Below are positions 24,195 through 38,700 of a stretch of 64,000 bases of DNA, piece by piece. Under the pieces are notes generated by a model that did no database searches, was not told the origin of the DNA, and was given only the letters and a program-made list of their open reading frames with translations. Origin of the DNA: the human T2T-CHM13v2.0 reference genome, Homo sapiens. Each line of letters opens with the position of its first letter. Position 1 is the first letter of the stretch. The translations under genes were made by a program, and so were the position numbers. The stretch is taken from the NCBI RefSeq assembly GCF_009914755.1, contig NC_060946.1; one strand, 5' to 3'.

Positions 24195-27100
24195 CTAGGA
24201 TGTGCCTAAATTAACTTTTTGACATAACCCTGTACTGATCATCCAGGTGATGGAACTTTTGTCTAGGCTCTGCCTAAGGGGGCATTGTGACATATTTCTG
24301 CATTGATCACCCAGGTGGCGAATTGTTCTCTCGGATCTGCCTATGGGGGCATTGTGAGAAATCTCTGCACTGATCACCCAGGTGATGTAACTGTTGTGTA
24401 ACCTCTGCCTACAGGGGAATTGTGAGAGATCTCGTCACTGATTACCCAAGTGATGTAACCATTGTCTAGGCTTTGCGTACAGGGGGCTTTGTGACATACC
24501 TTTGCACTGATCACCCAGGTGATGTAACACATCTAAGTTCGGCCTAAAGGAGCTTTGTGACATATCTCTGCACTGATCACGTAGGTGATGTAACACTTTT
24601 ATAATCACTGCCTACAGGGAATTTTGACAAATCTCTGCACTGCTCACCTAGGTGATGTAACTCTTGTCTAACCTCTGTCCAACGGGGCATTGTGAAATAT
24701 CTCTGCACTGATCACCCAGGTGATTCAACTCTTGACTAGGAACTGCCTACAGAGGTTATTGTGAAATATCTCTGCACTGATAAACTAGGTGGTGTAACCC
24801 TTGTCCAAGCTCTGCCTACAGGGTCGTTTCCACACTTCGCTGAACTGATGACAAAGGTGATGTAACTCTTGCCTAGGCTTTGCCTACAGGGAACATTGGA
24901 CATATATCTGCACTGATCACCCAGGTGATGCAACACTTGCCTAGGCTTTGCCTACAGGGGACATTGTGACATATATCTTCAATGATCACTCATGTGATGC
25001 ATCTCTTGCCTAGGCTTTGCCTACAGGGGACATTGTGACATATCTCTGCACTGATCTCCCAGGTGCTGTAACTTTAGTCTAGGCTCTGGCTACACGGCAT
25101 TGTGACCTACCTCTGCACTGATCACCCAGGTGATATAACTCTTCTCTAGGATCTGCCTACAGGGTACTTTGTGACATATCCCTGCACTGATCACCCAGGT
25201 GATCTAACTCTGGTCTAAGCTCTGCCTAAAGGGGCATTGTGACAAATCTCTGCACTGATCACTCTGGTGATGTAAGTATTGTCTAGGCTCTGCTTCAAGG
25301 AGCCTTGTCACATATCTCTGCACTGATCACCCAGGTGATGTAACTCTTCTCTAGGCTCTGCTTCCAGGGCATATTGTGACATATCTATGCACTGATCACC
25401 TTAGTGATGTAACACTTTGGTAGGCTCGGCCTACAGGGGAATCTTGACATATCTCTGCACTGTTAACCGAGGTGATTTAACTCTTGTCTAGGCTGTGCCC
25501 ACAGGGGTATTGAGACATATCTCTGCACTGATCCCGAGGTGATACAAGTCTTGCCTGGTCTCTGCCTACTGTGGACATTGGGACATATCTCTGCACTGAT
25601 CTCCCAGGTGCTGTAACTTTAGACTAGGCTCTGGCTACACGGCATTGTGACATATCACTGCACTGATCACCCAGGCGATATAACTCTTCTCTAGGATCTG
25701 ACCACAGGGTGCTTTGTGACATATCCCTGCAATGATCACCCAGGTGATATACCACTTGCCAAGGCTCTGCCTACAGGGGCATTGCAATGTATCTCTGCAC
25801 TGACCACCTAGGTCCTGTAGCTATTTTCTAGGATCTGCCTACAGGGTGCTTTGTGACGTGTCCTAGCAAGGTTTACCCAGGTGATGTACCTCTCATCAAG
25901 GCTCTGCCTACAGGCACATTGTGATGTATCTCTGCACTGATCACCTAGGTCATGTAACTTTTTTCTAGGCTCTACCTACGATGGCATTGTGACATATCTC
26001 TGCACTAATCATCCAAGTGATGTAACTCTTGTCTAGGATGTGCCTAAATTAACTTTTTGACATAACCCTGTACTGATCATCCAGGTGAGGGAGCTTTTGT
26101 CTAGGCTCTGCCTAAGGGGGCATTGTGACATATTTCTGCATTGATCACCCAAGTGGCGAACTCTTCTCTCGGATCTGCCTATGGGGGCATTGTGAGAAAT
26201 CTCTGCACTGATCACCCAGGTGATGTAACTGTTGTGTAACCTCTGCCTACAGGGGAATTGTGAGAGATCTCGTCTCTGATTACCCAAGAGATGTAACCAT
26301 TGTCTAGGCTTTGCGTACAGGGGGCTTTGTGACATACCTTTGCACTGATCACCCAGGTGATGTAACACATCTAAGTTCGGCCTAAAGGAGCCTTGTGACA
26401 TATCTCTGCACTGATCACTTAGGTGATGTAACACTTTTATAATCACTGCCTACAGGGAAATTTGACAAATCTCTGCACTGATCACCTAGGTGATGTAACT
26501 CTTGTCTACCCTCTGTCCAACGGGGCATTGTGAAATGTCTCTGCACTGATCACCCAGGTGATTCAACTCTTGACTAGGAACTGCCTACAGAGGTTAATGT
26601 GAAATATCTCTGCACTGATAAACTAGGTGGTGTAACACTTGTCCAAGCTCTGCCTACAGTGGCGTTTCCACATATCCCTGAACTGATGACAAAGGTGATG
26701 TAACTCTTGCCTAGGCTTTGCCTACAGGGAACATTGGACATATATATGCACTGATCACCCAGGTGATGCAACTCTTGCCTAGGCTTTGCCTACAGGGGAC
26801 ATTGTGACATATCTCTTCAATGATCACTCATGTGATGCATCTCTTGCCTAGGCTTTGCCTACAGGGGACATTGTGACATATCTCTGAACTGATCTCCCAG
26901 GTGCTGTAACTTTAGTCTAGGCTCTGGCTACACGGCATTTTGACATATCACTGCACTGATCAACCAGGTGATATAACTGTGTATAGGCTCTGCCTACAGG
27001 GGGATTGTGACCTACCTCTGCACTGATCACCCAGGTGATATAACTCTTCTCTAGGATCTGCCTACAGGGTACTTTGTGACATATCCCTACACTGATCACC

Positions 27101-29775
27101 CAGGTGATCTAACTCTGGTCTAAGCTCTGCCTAAAGGGGCATTGTGACAGATCTCTGCACTGATCACTCTGGTGATGTAAGTATTGTCTAGGCTCTGCTT
27201 CAAGGGGCCTTGTCACATATCTCTGCACTGATCACCCTGGTGATGTAACTCTTGTCTATGCTCTGCTTCCAGGGCATATTGTGACATATCTATGCACTGA
27301 TCACCTTAGTGATGTAACACTTTTGTAGGCTCGGCCTACAGGGGAATCTTGACATATCTCTGCACTGTTAACCGAGGTGATTTAACTCTTGTCTAGGCTG
27401 TGCCCACAGGGGGATTGAGACATATCTCTGCACTGATCCCGAGGTGATACAACTCTTGCCTGGTCTCTGCCTACTGTGGACATTGTGACATATCTCTGCA
27501 CTGATCTCCCAGGTGCTGTAACTTTACTCTAGGCTCTGGCTACACGGCATTGTGACATATCACTGCACTGATCACCCAGGCGATATATCTCTTCTCTAGG
27601 ATCTGACCACAGGGTGCTTTGTGACATATCCCTGCAATGATCACCCAGGTGATATACCACTTGCCCAGGCTATGCCTACAGGGGCATTGCAATGTATCTC
27701 TGCACTGATCACCTAGGTCTTGTAGCTATTTTCTAGGATCTGCCTACAGGGTGCTTTGTGACGTGTCCCAGCAAGGATTACCCAGGTGATGTACCTCTCA
27801 TCAAGGCTCTGCCTACAGGCACATTGTGATGTATCTCTGCACTGATCACCTCGGTCATGTAACTATTTTCCAGGCTCTACCTACGATGGCATTGTGACAT
27901 ATCTCTGCACTAATCATCCAAGTGATGTAACTCTTGTCTAGGATGTGCCTAAATTAACTTTTTGACATAACCCTGTACTGATCATCCAGGTGATGGAGCT
28001 TTTGTCTAGGCTCTGCCTAAGGGGGCATTGTGACACATTTCTGCATTGATCACCCAGGTGACGAAGTCTTCTCTCGGATCTGCCTATGGGGGCATTGTGA
28101 GAAACCTCTCCACTGATCACCCAGGTGATGTAACTGTTGTGTAACCTCTGCCTACAGGGGAATTGTGAGAGATCTCGTCACTGATTACCCAAGTGATGTA
28201 ACCATTGTCTAGGCTTTGCATACAGGGGGCTTTGTGACATACCTTTGCACTGATCACCCAGGTGATGTAACACATCTAAGTTCGGCCTAAAGGAGCTTTG
28301 TGACATATCTCTGCACTGATCACTTAGGTGATGTAACACTTTTATAATCACTGCCTACAGGGAATTTTGACAAATCTCTGCACTGATCACCTAGGTGATG
28401 TAACTCTTGTCTACCCTCTGTCCAACGGGGCACTGTGAAATATCTCTGCACTGATCACCCAGGTGATTCAACTCTTGACTAGGAACTGCCTACAGAGGTT
28501 ATTGTGAAATATCTCTGCACTGATAAACTAGGTGATGTAACCCTTGTCCAAGCTCTGCCTACAGGGGCGTTTCCACATATCCCTGAACTGATGACAAAGC
28601 TGATGTAACACTTGCCTAGGCTTTGCCTACAGGGAACATTGGACATATATCTGCACTGATCACCCAAGTGATGCAACTCTTGCCTAGGCTTTGCCTACAG
28701 GGGACATTGTGACATATCTCTTCAATGATCACTCATGTGATGCATCTCTTGCCTAGGCTTTGCCTACAGGGGACATTGTGACATATCTCTGCACTGATCT
28801 CCCAGGTGCTGTAACTTTAGTCTAGGCTCTGGCTACACGGCATTGTGACCTACCTCTGCAATGATCACCCAAGTGATATAACTCTTCTCTAGGATCTGCC
28901 TACAGGGTACTTTGTGACATATCCCTGCACTGATCACCCAGGTGATCTAACTCTGTTCTAAGCTCTGCCTAAAGGGGCATTGTGACAGATCTCTGCACTG
29001 ATCACTCTGGTGATGTAAGTATTGTCTAGGCTCTGCTTCAAGGGGCCTTGTCACATATCTCTGCACTGATCACCCAGGTGATGTAACTCTTGTCTACGCT
29101 CTGCTTCCAGGGCATATTGTGACATATCTATGCACTGATCACCTTAGTGATGTAACACTTTGGTAGGCTCGGCCTACAGGGGAATCTTGACATATCTCTG
29201 CACTGTTAACCGAGGTGATTTAACTCTTGTCTAGGCTGTGCCCACAGGGGGATTGAGACATATCTCTGCACTGATCCCGAGGTGATACAACTCTTGCCTG
29301 GTCTCTGCCTACTGTGGACATTGTGACATATCTCTGCACTGATCTCCCAGGTGCTGTAACTTTACTCTAGGCTCTGGCTACACGGCATTGTGACATATCA
29401 CTGCACTGATCACCCAGGCGATATATCTCTTCTCTAGGATCTGACCACAGGGTGCTTTGTGACATATCCCTGCAATGATCACCCAGGTGATATACCACTT
29501 GCCAAGGCTCTGCCTACAGGGGCATTGCAATGCATCTCTGCACTGATCACCTAGGTCTTGTAGCTATTTTCTAGGATCTGCCTACAGGGTGCTTTGTGAC
29601 GTGTCCCAGCAAGGATTACCCAGGTGATGTACCTCTCATCAAGGCTCTGCCTACAGGCACATTGTGATGTATCTCTGCACTGATCACCTCGGTCATGTAA
29701 CTATTTTCTAGGCTCTACCTACGATGGCATTGTGACATATCTCTGCACTAATCATCCAAGTGATGTAACTCTTGT
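24195..29775 (-). repeat. Alternating 27-mer, 28-mer and 27-mer HOR units
   Basis: Landmarks at 24195, 26033, 27938 and 29776 give spacings of 1838, 1905 and 1838 bp. Confidence 0.88.
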
Positions 29776-32700
29776 CTAGGATGTGCCTAAATTAACTTTT
29801 TGACATAACCCTGTACTGATCATCCAGGTTATGGAGCTTTTGTCTAGGCTCTGCCTAAGGGGGCATTGTGACACATTTCTGCATTGATCACCCAGGTGAC
29901 GAAGTCTTCTCTCGGATCTGCCTATGGGGGCATTGTGAGAAACCTCTGCACTGATCACCCAGGTGATGTAACTGTTGTGTAACCTCTGCCTACAGGGGAA
30001 TTGTGAGAGATCTCGTCACTGATTACCCAAATGATGTAACCATTGTCAAGGCTTTGCGTACAGGGGGCTTTGTGACATACCTTTGCACTGATCACCCAGG
30101 TGATGTAACACATCTAAGTTCGGCCTAAAGGAGCTTTGTGACATATCTCTGCAATGATCACTTAGGTGATGTAACACTTTTATAATCACTGCCTACAGGG
30201 AATTTTGACAAATCTCTGCACTGATCACCTAGGTGATGTAACTCTTGTCTACCCTCTGTCCAACGGGGCATTGTGAAATATCTCTACACTGATCACCCAG
30301 GTGATTCAACTCTTGACTAGGAATTGCCTACATAGGTTATTGTGAAATATCTCTGCACTGATAAACTAGGTGGTGTAACCCTTGTCCAAGCTCTGCCTAC
30401 ATGGTCGTTTCCACATATCCCTGAACTGATGACAAAGGTGATGTAACTCTTGCCTAGGCTTTGCCTACAGGGAACATTGGACATATATCTGCACTGATCA
30501 CCCAGGTGATCTTACTCTGGTCTAAGCTCTGCCTAAAGGGGCATTGTGACAGATCTCTGCACTGATCACTCTGGTGATGTAAGTATTGTCTAGGCTCTGC
30601 TTCAAGGGGCCTTGTCACATATCTCTGCACTGATCACCCAGGTGATGTAACTCTTGTCTAGGCTCTGCTTCCAGGGCATATTGTGACATATCTATGCACT
30701 GATCACCTTAGTGATGTAACACTTTGGTAGGCTCGGCCTACAGGGGAATCTTGACATATCTCTGCACTGTTAACCGAGGTGATTTAACTCTTGTCTAGGC
30801 TGTGCCCACAGGGGGATTGAGACATATCTCTGCACTGATCCCGAGGTGATACAACTCTTGCCTTGTCTCTGCCTACTGTGGACATTGTGACATATCTCTG
30901 CACTGATCTCCCAGGTGCTGAAACTTTAGTCTAGGCTCTGGCTACACGGCATTGTGACATATCACTGCACTGATCACCCAGGCGATATAACTCTTCTCTA
31001 GGATCTGACCACAGGGTGCTTTGTGACATATCCCTGCAATGATCACCCAGGTGATATACCACTTGCCAAGGCTCTGCCTACAGGGGCATTGCTATGTATC
31101 TCTGCACTGATCACCTAGGTCTTGTAGCTATTTTCTAGGATCTGCCTACAGGGTTCTTTGTGAAGTGTCCCAGCAAGGATTACCCAGGTGATGTACCTCT
31201 CATCAAGGCTCTGCCTACAGGCACATTGTGATGTATCTCTGCACTGATCACCTCGGTCATGTAACTTTTTTCTAGGCTCTACCTACGATGGCATTGTGAC
31301 ATATCTCTGCACTAATCATCCAAGTGATGTAACTCTTGTCTAGGATGTGCCTAAATTAACTTTTTGACATAACCATGTACTGATCATCCAGGTGATGGAG
31401 CTTTTGTCTAGGCTCTTCCTAAGGGGGCATTGTGACATATTTCTGCATTGATCACCCAGGTGGCGAACTCTTCTCTCTGATCTGCCTATGGGGGCATTGT
31501 GAGAAATCTCTGCACTGATCACCCAGGTGATGTAACTGTTGTGTAACCTCTGACTACAGGGGAATTGTGAGAGATCTCGTCACTCATTACCCAAGTGATG
31601 TAACCATTTTCTAGGCTTTGCGTACAGGGGGCTTTGTGACATACCTTTGCACTGATCACCCAGGTGATGTAACACATCTAAGTTCGGCCTAAAGGAGCTT
31701 TGTGACATATCTCTGCTCTGATCACTTAGGTGATGTAACACTTTTATAATCACTGCCTACAGGGAATTTTGACAAATCTCTGCACTGATCACCTAGGTGA
31801 TGTAACTCTTGTCTACCCTCTGTCCAACGGGGCATTGTGAAATATCTCTGCACTGATCACCCAGGTGATTCAACTCTTGACTAGGGACTGCCTACAGAGG
31901 TTATTGTGAAATATCTCTGCACTGATAAACTAGGTGGTGTAACCCTTGTCCAAGCTCTGCCTACAGGGGCGTTTCCACATATCCCTGAACTGATGACAAA
32001 GGTGATGTAACTCTTGCCTAGGCTTTGCCTACAGGGAACATTGGACATATATCTGCACTGATCACCCAGGTGATGCAACTCTTGCCTAGGCTTTGCCTAC
32101 AGGGGACATTGTGACATATCTCTTCAATGATCACTCATGTGATGTATCTCTTGCCTAGGCTTTGCCTACAGGGGACATTGTGACATATCTCTGCACTGAT
32201 CTCCCAGGTGCTGTAACTTTAGTCTAGGCTCTGGCTACACGGCATTGTGACCTACCTCTGCACTGATCACCCAGGTGATATAACTCTTCTCTAGGATCTG
32301 CCTACAGGGTACTTTGTGACATATCCCTGCACTGATCACCCAGGTGATTTAACTCTGGTCTAAGCTCTCCCTAAGGGGCATTGTGACAGATCTCTGCACT
32401 GATCACTCTGGTGATATAAGTATTGTCTAGGCTCTGCTTCAAGGGGCCTTGTCACATATCTCTGCACTGATCACCCAGGTGATGTAACTCTTGTCTAGGC
32501 TCTGCTTCCAGGGCATATTGTGACATATCTATGCACTGATCACCTTAGTGATGTAGCACTTTGGTAGGCTCGGCCTACAGGGGAATCTTGACATATCTCT
32601 GCACTGTTAACCGAGGTGATTTAACTCTTGTCTAGGCTGTGCCCACAGGGGGATTGAGACATATCTCTGCACTGATCCCGAGGTGATACAACTCTTGCCT

Positions 32701-35700
32701 GGTCTCTGCCTACTGTGGACATTGGGACATATCTCTGCACTGATCTCCCAGGTGCTGTAACTTTAGTCTAGGCTCTGGCTACACGGCATTGTGACATATC
32801 ACTGCACTGATCACCCAGGCGATATAACTCTTCTCTAGGATCTGACCACAGGGTGCTTTGTGACATATCCCTGCAATGATCACCCAGGTGATATACCACT
32901 TGCCAAGGCTCTGCCTACAGGGGCATTGCAATGTATCTCTGCACTGATCACCTAGGTCTTGTAGCTATTTTCTAGGATCTGCCTACAGGGTGCTTTGTGA
33001 CATGTCCCAGCAAGGATTACCCAGGTGATGTACCTCTCATCAAGGCTCTGCCTACAGGCACATTGTGATGTATCTCTGCACTGATCACCTCGGTCATGTA
33101 ACTTTTTTCTAGGCTCTACCTACGATGGCATTGTGACATATCTCTGCACTAATCATCCAAGTGATGTAACTCTTGTCTAGGATGTGCCTAAATTAACTTT
33201 TTGACATTACCCTGTGCTGATCATCCAGGTGATGGAGCTTTTGTCTAGGCTCTGCCTAAGGGGGCATTGTGACATATTTCTGCATTGATCACCCAGGTGA
33301 CGAACTCTTCTCTCGGATCTGCCTATGGTGGCATTGTGAGAAATCTCTGCACTGACCACCCAGGTGATGTAACTGTTGTGTAACCTCTGCCTACAGGGGA
33401 ATTGTGAGAGATCTCGTCACTGATTACCCAAGTGATGTAACCATTGTCTAGGCTTTGCGTACAGGGGGCTTTGTGACATACCTTTGCACTGATCACCCAG
33501 GTGATGTAACACATCTAAGTTAGGCCTAAAGGAGCTTTGTGACATATCTCTGCACTGATCACTTAGTTGATGTAACACTTTTATAATCACTGCCTACAGG
33601 GAATTTTGACAAATCTCTGCACTGATCACCTAGGTGTTGTAACTCTTGTCTACCCTCTGTCCAACGGGGCATTGTGAAATATCTCTGCACTGATCACCCA
33701 GGTGATTCAACTCTTGACTAGGATCTGCCTACAGAGGTTATTGTGAAATATCTCTGCACTGATAAACTAGGTGGTGTAACCCTTGTCCAAGCTCTGCCTA
33801 CAGGGTCGTTTCCACATATCCCTGAACTGATGACAAAGGTGATGTGACTCTTGCCTAGGCTTTGCCTACAGGGAACATTGGACATATATCTGCACTGATC
33901 ACCCAGGTGACGCAACTCTTGCTTAGGCTTTGCCTACAGGGGACAGCGTGACATATCTCTTCAATGATCACTCATGTGATGCATCTCTTGCCTAGGCTTT
34001 GCCTACAGGGGACATTTTGACATATCTCTGCACTGATCTCCCAGGTGCTGTAACTTTAGTCTAGGCTCTGGCTACACGGCATTGTGACCTACCTCTGCAC
34101 TGATCACCCAGGTGATATAACTCTTCTCTAGGATCTGCCTACAGGGTACTTTGTGACATATCCCTGCACTGATCACCCAGGTGATCTAACTCTGGTCTAA
34201 GCTCTGCCTAAAGGGGCATTGTGACAGATCTCTGCACTGATCACTCTGGTGATGTAAGTATTGTCTAGGCTCTGCTTCAAGGGGCCTTGTCACATATCTC
34301 TGCACTGATCACCCAGGTGATGTAACTCTTATCTAGGCTCTGCTTCCAGGGCATATTGTGACATATCTATGCACTGATCACCTTAGTGATGTAACACTTT
34401 GGTAGGCTCGGCCTACAGGGGAATCTTGACATATCTCTGCACTGTTAACCGAGGTGATTTAACTCTTGTCTAGGCTGTGCCCACAGGGGGATTGAGACAT
34501 ATCTCTGCACTGATCCCGAGGTGATACAAGTCTTGCCTGGTCTCTGCCTACTGTGGACATTGGGACATATCTCTGCACTGATCTCCCAGGTGCTGTAACT
34601 TTAGTCTAGGCTCTGGCTACACGGCATTGTGACATATCACTGCAGTGATCACCCAGGCGATATAACTCTTCTCTAGGATCTGACCACAGGGTGCTTTGTG
34701 ACATATCCCTGCAATGATCACCCAGGTGATATACCACTTGCCAAGGCTCTGCCTACAGGGGCATTGTAATGTATCTCTGAACTGATCACCTAGGTCTTGT
34801 AGCTATTTTCTAGGATCTGCCTACAGGGTTCTTTGTGACGTGTCCCAGCAAGGATTACCCAGGTGATGTACCTCTCATCAAGGCTCTGCCTACAGGCACA
34901 TTGTGATGTATCTCTGCACTGATCACCTCGGTCATGTAACTTTTTTCTAGGCTCTACCTACGATGGCATTGTGACATATCTCTGCACTAATCATCCAAGT
35001 CATGTAACTCTTGTCTAGGATGTGCCTAAATTAACTTTTTGACATAACCGTGTACTGATCATCCAGGTGATGGAGCTTTTGTCTAGGCTCTGCCTAAGGG
35101 GGCATTGTGACATAATTCTGCATTGATCACCGAGGTGGCGAACTCTTCTCTCGGATCTGCCTATGGGGGCATTGTGAGAAATCTCTGCACTGATCACCCA
35201 GGTGATGTAACTGTTGTATAACCTCTGCCTAAAGGGGAATTGTGAGAGATCTCGTCACTCATTACCCAAGTGATGTAACCATTGTCTAGTCTTTGCGTAC
35301 AGGGGGCTTTGTGACATACCTTTGCACTGATCACCCAGGTGATGTAACACATCTAAGTTCGGCCTAAAGGAGCTTTGTGACATATCTCTGCACTGATCAC
35401 TTAGGTGATGTAACACTTTTATAATCACTGCCTACAGGGAATTTTGACAAATCTCTGCACTGATCACCTAGTTGATGTAACTCTTGTCTACCCTCTGTCC
35501 AACGGGGCATTGTGAAATATCTCTGCACTGATCACCCAGGTGATTCAACTCTTGACTAGGAACTGCCTACAGAGGTTATTGTGAAATATCTCTGCACTGA
35601 TAAACTAGGTGGTGTAACCCTTGTCCAAGCTCTGCCTACAGGGGCGTTTCCACATATCCCTGAACTGATGACAAAGGTGATGTAACTCTTGCCTAGGCTT

Positions 35701-38700
35701 TGCCTACAGGGAACATTGGACATATATCTGCACTGATCACCCAGGTGATGCAACTCTTGCCTAGGCTTTGCCTACAGGGGACATTGTGACATATCTCTTC
35801 AATGATCACTCATGTGATGTATCTCTTGCCTAGGCTTTGCCTACAGGGGACATTGTGACATATCTCTGCACTGATCTCCCAGGTGCTGTAACTTTAGTCT
35901 AGGCTCTGGCTACACGGCATTGTGACCTACCTCTGCACTGATCACCCAGGTGATATAACTCTTCTCTAGGATCTGCCTACAGGGTACTTTGTGACATATC
36001 CCTGCACTGATCACCCAGGTGATCTAACTCTGGTCTAAGCTCTGCCTAAAGGGGCATTGTGACAGATCTCTGCACTGATAACTCTGGTGATGTAAGTATT
36101 GTCTAGGCTCTGCTTCAAGGGGCCTTGTCACATATCTCTGCACTGATCACCCAGGTGATGTAACTCTTGTCTAGGCTCTGCTTCCAGGGCATATTGTGAC
36201 ATATCTATGCACTGATCACCTTAGTGATGTAACACTTTGGTAGGCTCGGCCTACAGGGGAATCTTGACATATCTCTGCACTGTTAACCGAGGTGATTTAA
36301 CTCTTGTCTAGGCTGTGCCCACAGGGGGATTGAGACATATCTCTGCACTGATCCCGAGGTGATACAACTCTTGCCTGGTCTCTGCCTACTGTGGACATTG
36401 GGACATATCTCTGCACTGATCTCCCAGGTGCTGTAACTTTAGTCTAGGCTCTGGCTACACGGCATTGTGACATATCACTGCACTGATCACCCAGGCGATA
36501 TAACTCTTCTCTAGGATCTGACCACAGGGTGCTTTGTGACATATCCCTGCAATGATCACCCAGGTGATATACCACTTGCCAAGGCTCTGCCTACAGGGGC
36601 ATTGCAATGTATCTCTGCACTGATCACCTAGGTCTTGTAGCTATTTTCTAGGATCTGCCTACAGGGTGCTTTGTGACGTGTCCCAGCAAGGATTACCCAG
36701 GTGATGTACCTCTCATCAAGGCTCTGCCTACAGGCACATTGTGATGTATCTCTGCACTGATCACCTCGGTCATGTAACTTTTTTCTAGGCTCTACCTACG
36801 ATGGCATTGTGACATATCTCTGCACTAATCATCCAAGTGATGTAACTCTTGTCTAGGATGTGCCTAAATTAACTTTTTGACATAACCCTGTACTGATCAT
36901 CCAGGTGATGGAGCTTTTGTCTAGGCTCTGCCTAAGGGGGCATTGTGACATATTTCTGCATTGATCACCCAGGTGGCGAACTCTTCTCTCGGATCTGCCT
37001 ATGGGGGCATTGTGAGAAATCTCTGCACTGATCACCCAGGTGATGTAACTGTTGTGTAACCTCTGCCTACAGGGGAATTGTGAGAGATCTCGTCACTGAT
37101 TACCCAAGTGATGTAACCAATGTCTAGGCTTTGCGTACAGGGGGCTTTGTTACATACCTTTGCACTGATCACCCAGGTGATGTAACACATCTAAGTTCGG
37201 CCTTAAGGAGCTTTGTGACATATCTCTGCACTGATAACTTAGGTGATGTAACACTTTTATAATCACTGCCTACAGGGAATTTTGACAAATCTCTGCACTG
37301 ATCACCTAGGTGATGTAACTCTTGTCTACCCTCTGTCCAACGGGGCATTGTGAAATATCTCTGCACTGATCACCCAGGTGATTCAACTCTTGACTAGGAA
37401 CTGCCTAGAGAGGTTATTGTGAAATATCTCTGCACTGATAAACCAGGGGGTGTAACACTTGTCCAAGCTCTGCCTACAGGGTCGTTTCCACATATCCCTG
37501 AACTGATGACAAAGGTGATGTAACTCTTGCCTAGGCTTTTCCTACAGGGAACATTGGACATATATCTGCACTGATCACCCAGGTGATCTTACTCTGGTCT
37601 AAGCTCTGCCTAAAGGGGCATTGTGACAGATCTCTGCACTGATCACTCTGGTGATGTAAGTATTGTCTAGGCTCTGCTTCAAGGGGCCTTGTCACATATC
37701 TCTGCACTGATCACCCAGGTGATGTAACTCTTGTCTAGGCTCTGCTTCCAGGGCATATTGTGACATATCTATGCACTGATCACCTTAGTGATGTAACACT
37801 TTGGTAGGCTCGGCCTACAGGGGAATCTTGACATATCTCTGCACTGTTAACCGAGGTGATTTAACTCTTGTCTAGGCTGTGCCCACAGGGGGATTGAGAC
37901 ATATCTCTGCACTGATCCCGAGGTGATACAACTCTTGCCTGGTCTCTGCCTACTGTGGACATTGTGACATATCTCTGCACTGATCTCCCAGGTGCTGAAA
38001 CTTTAGTCTAGGCTCTGACTACACGGCATTGTGACATATCACTGCACTGAACACCCAGGCGATATAACTCTTCTCTAGGATCTGACCACAGGGTGCTTTG
38101 TGACATATCCCTGCAATGATCACCCAGGTGATATACCACTTGCCAAGGCTCTGCATACAGGGGCATTGCAATGTATCTCTGCACTGATCACCTAGGTCTT
38201 GTAGCTATTTTCTAGGATCTGCCTACAGGGTTCTTTGTGACGTGTCCCAGCAAGGATTACCCAGGTGATGTACCTCTCATCAAGGCTCTGCCTACAGGCA
38301 CATTGTGATGTATCTCTGCACTGATCACCTCGGTCATGTAACTTTTTTCTAGGCTCTACCTACGATGGCATTGTGACATATCTCTGCACTAATCATCCAA
38401 GTGATGTAACTCTTGTCTAGGATGTGCCTAAATTAACTTTTTGACATAACCCTGTACTGATCATCCAGGTGATGGAACTTTTGTCTAGGCTCTGCCTAAG
38501 GGGGCATTGTGACATATTTCTGCATTGATCACCCAGGTGGCGAACTCTTCTCTCGGATCTGCCTATGGGGGCATTGTGAGAAATCTCTGCACTGATCACC
38601 CAGGTGATGTAACTGTTGTGTAACCTCTGCCTACAGGGGAATTGTGAGAGATCTCGTCACTCATTACCGAAGTGATGTAACCATTGCCTAGGCTTTGCGT

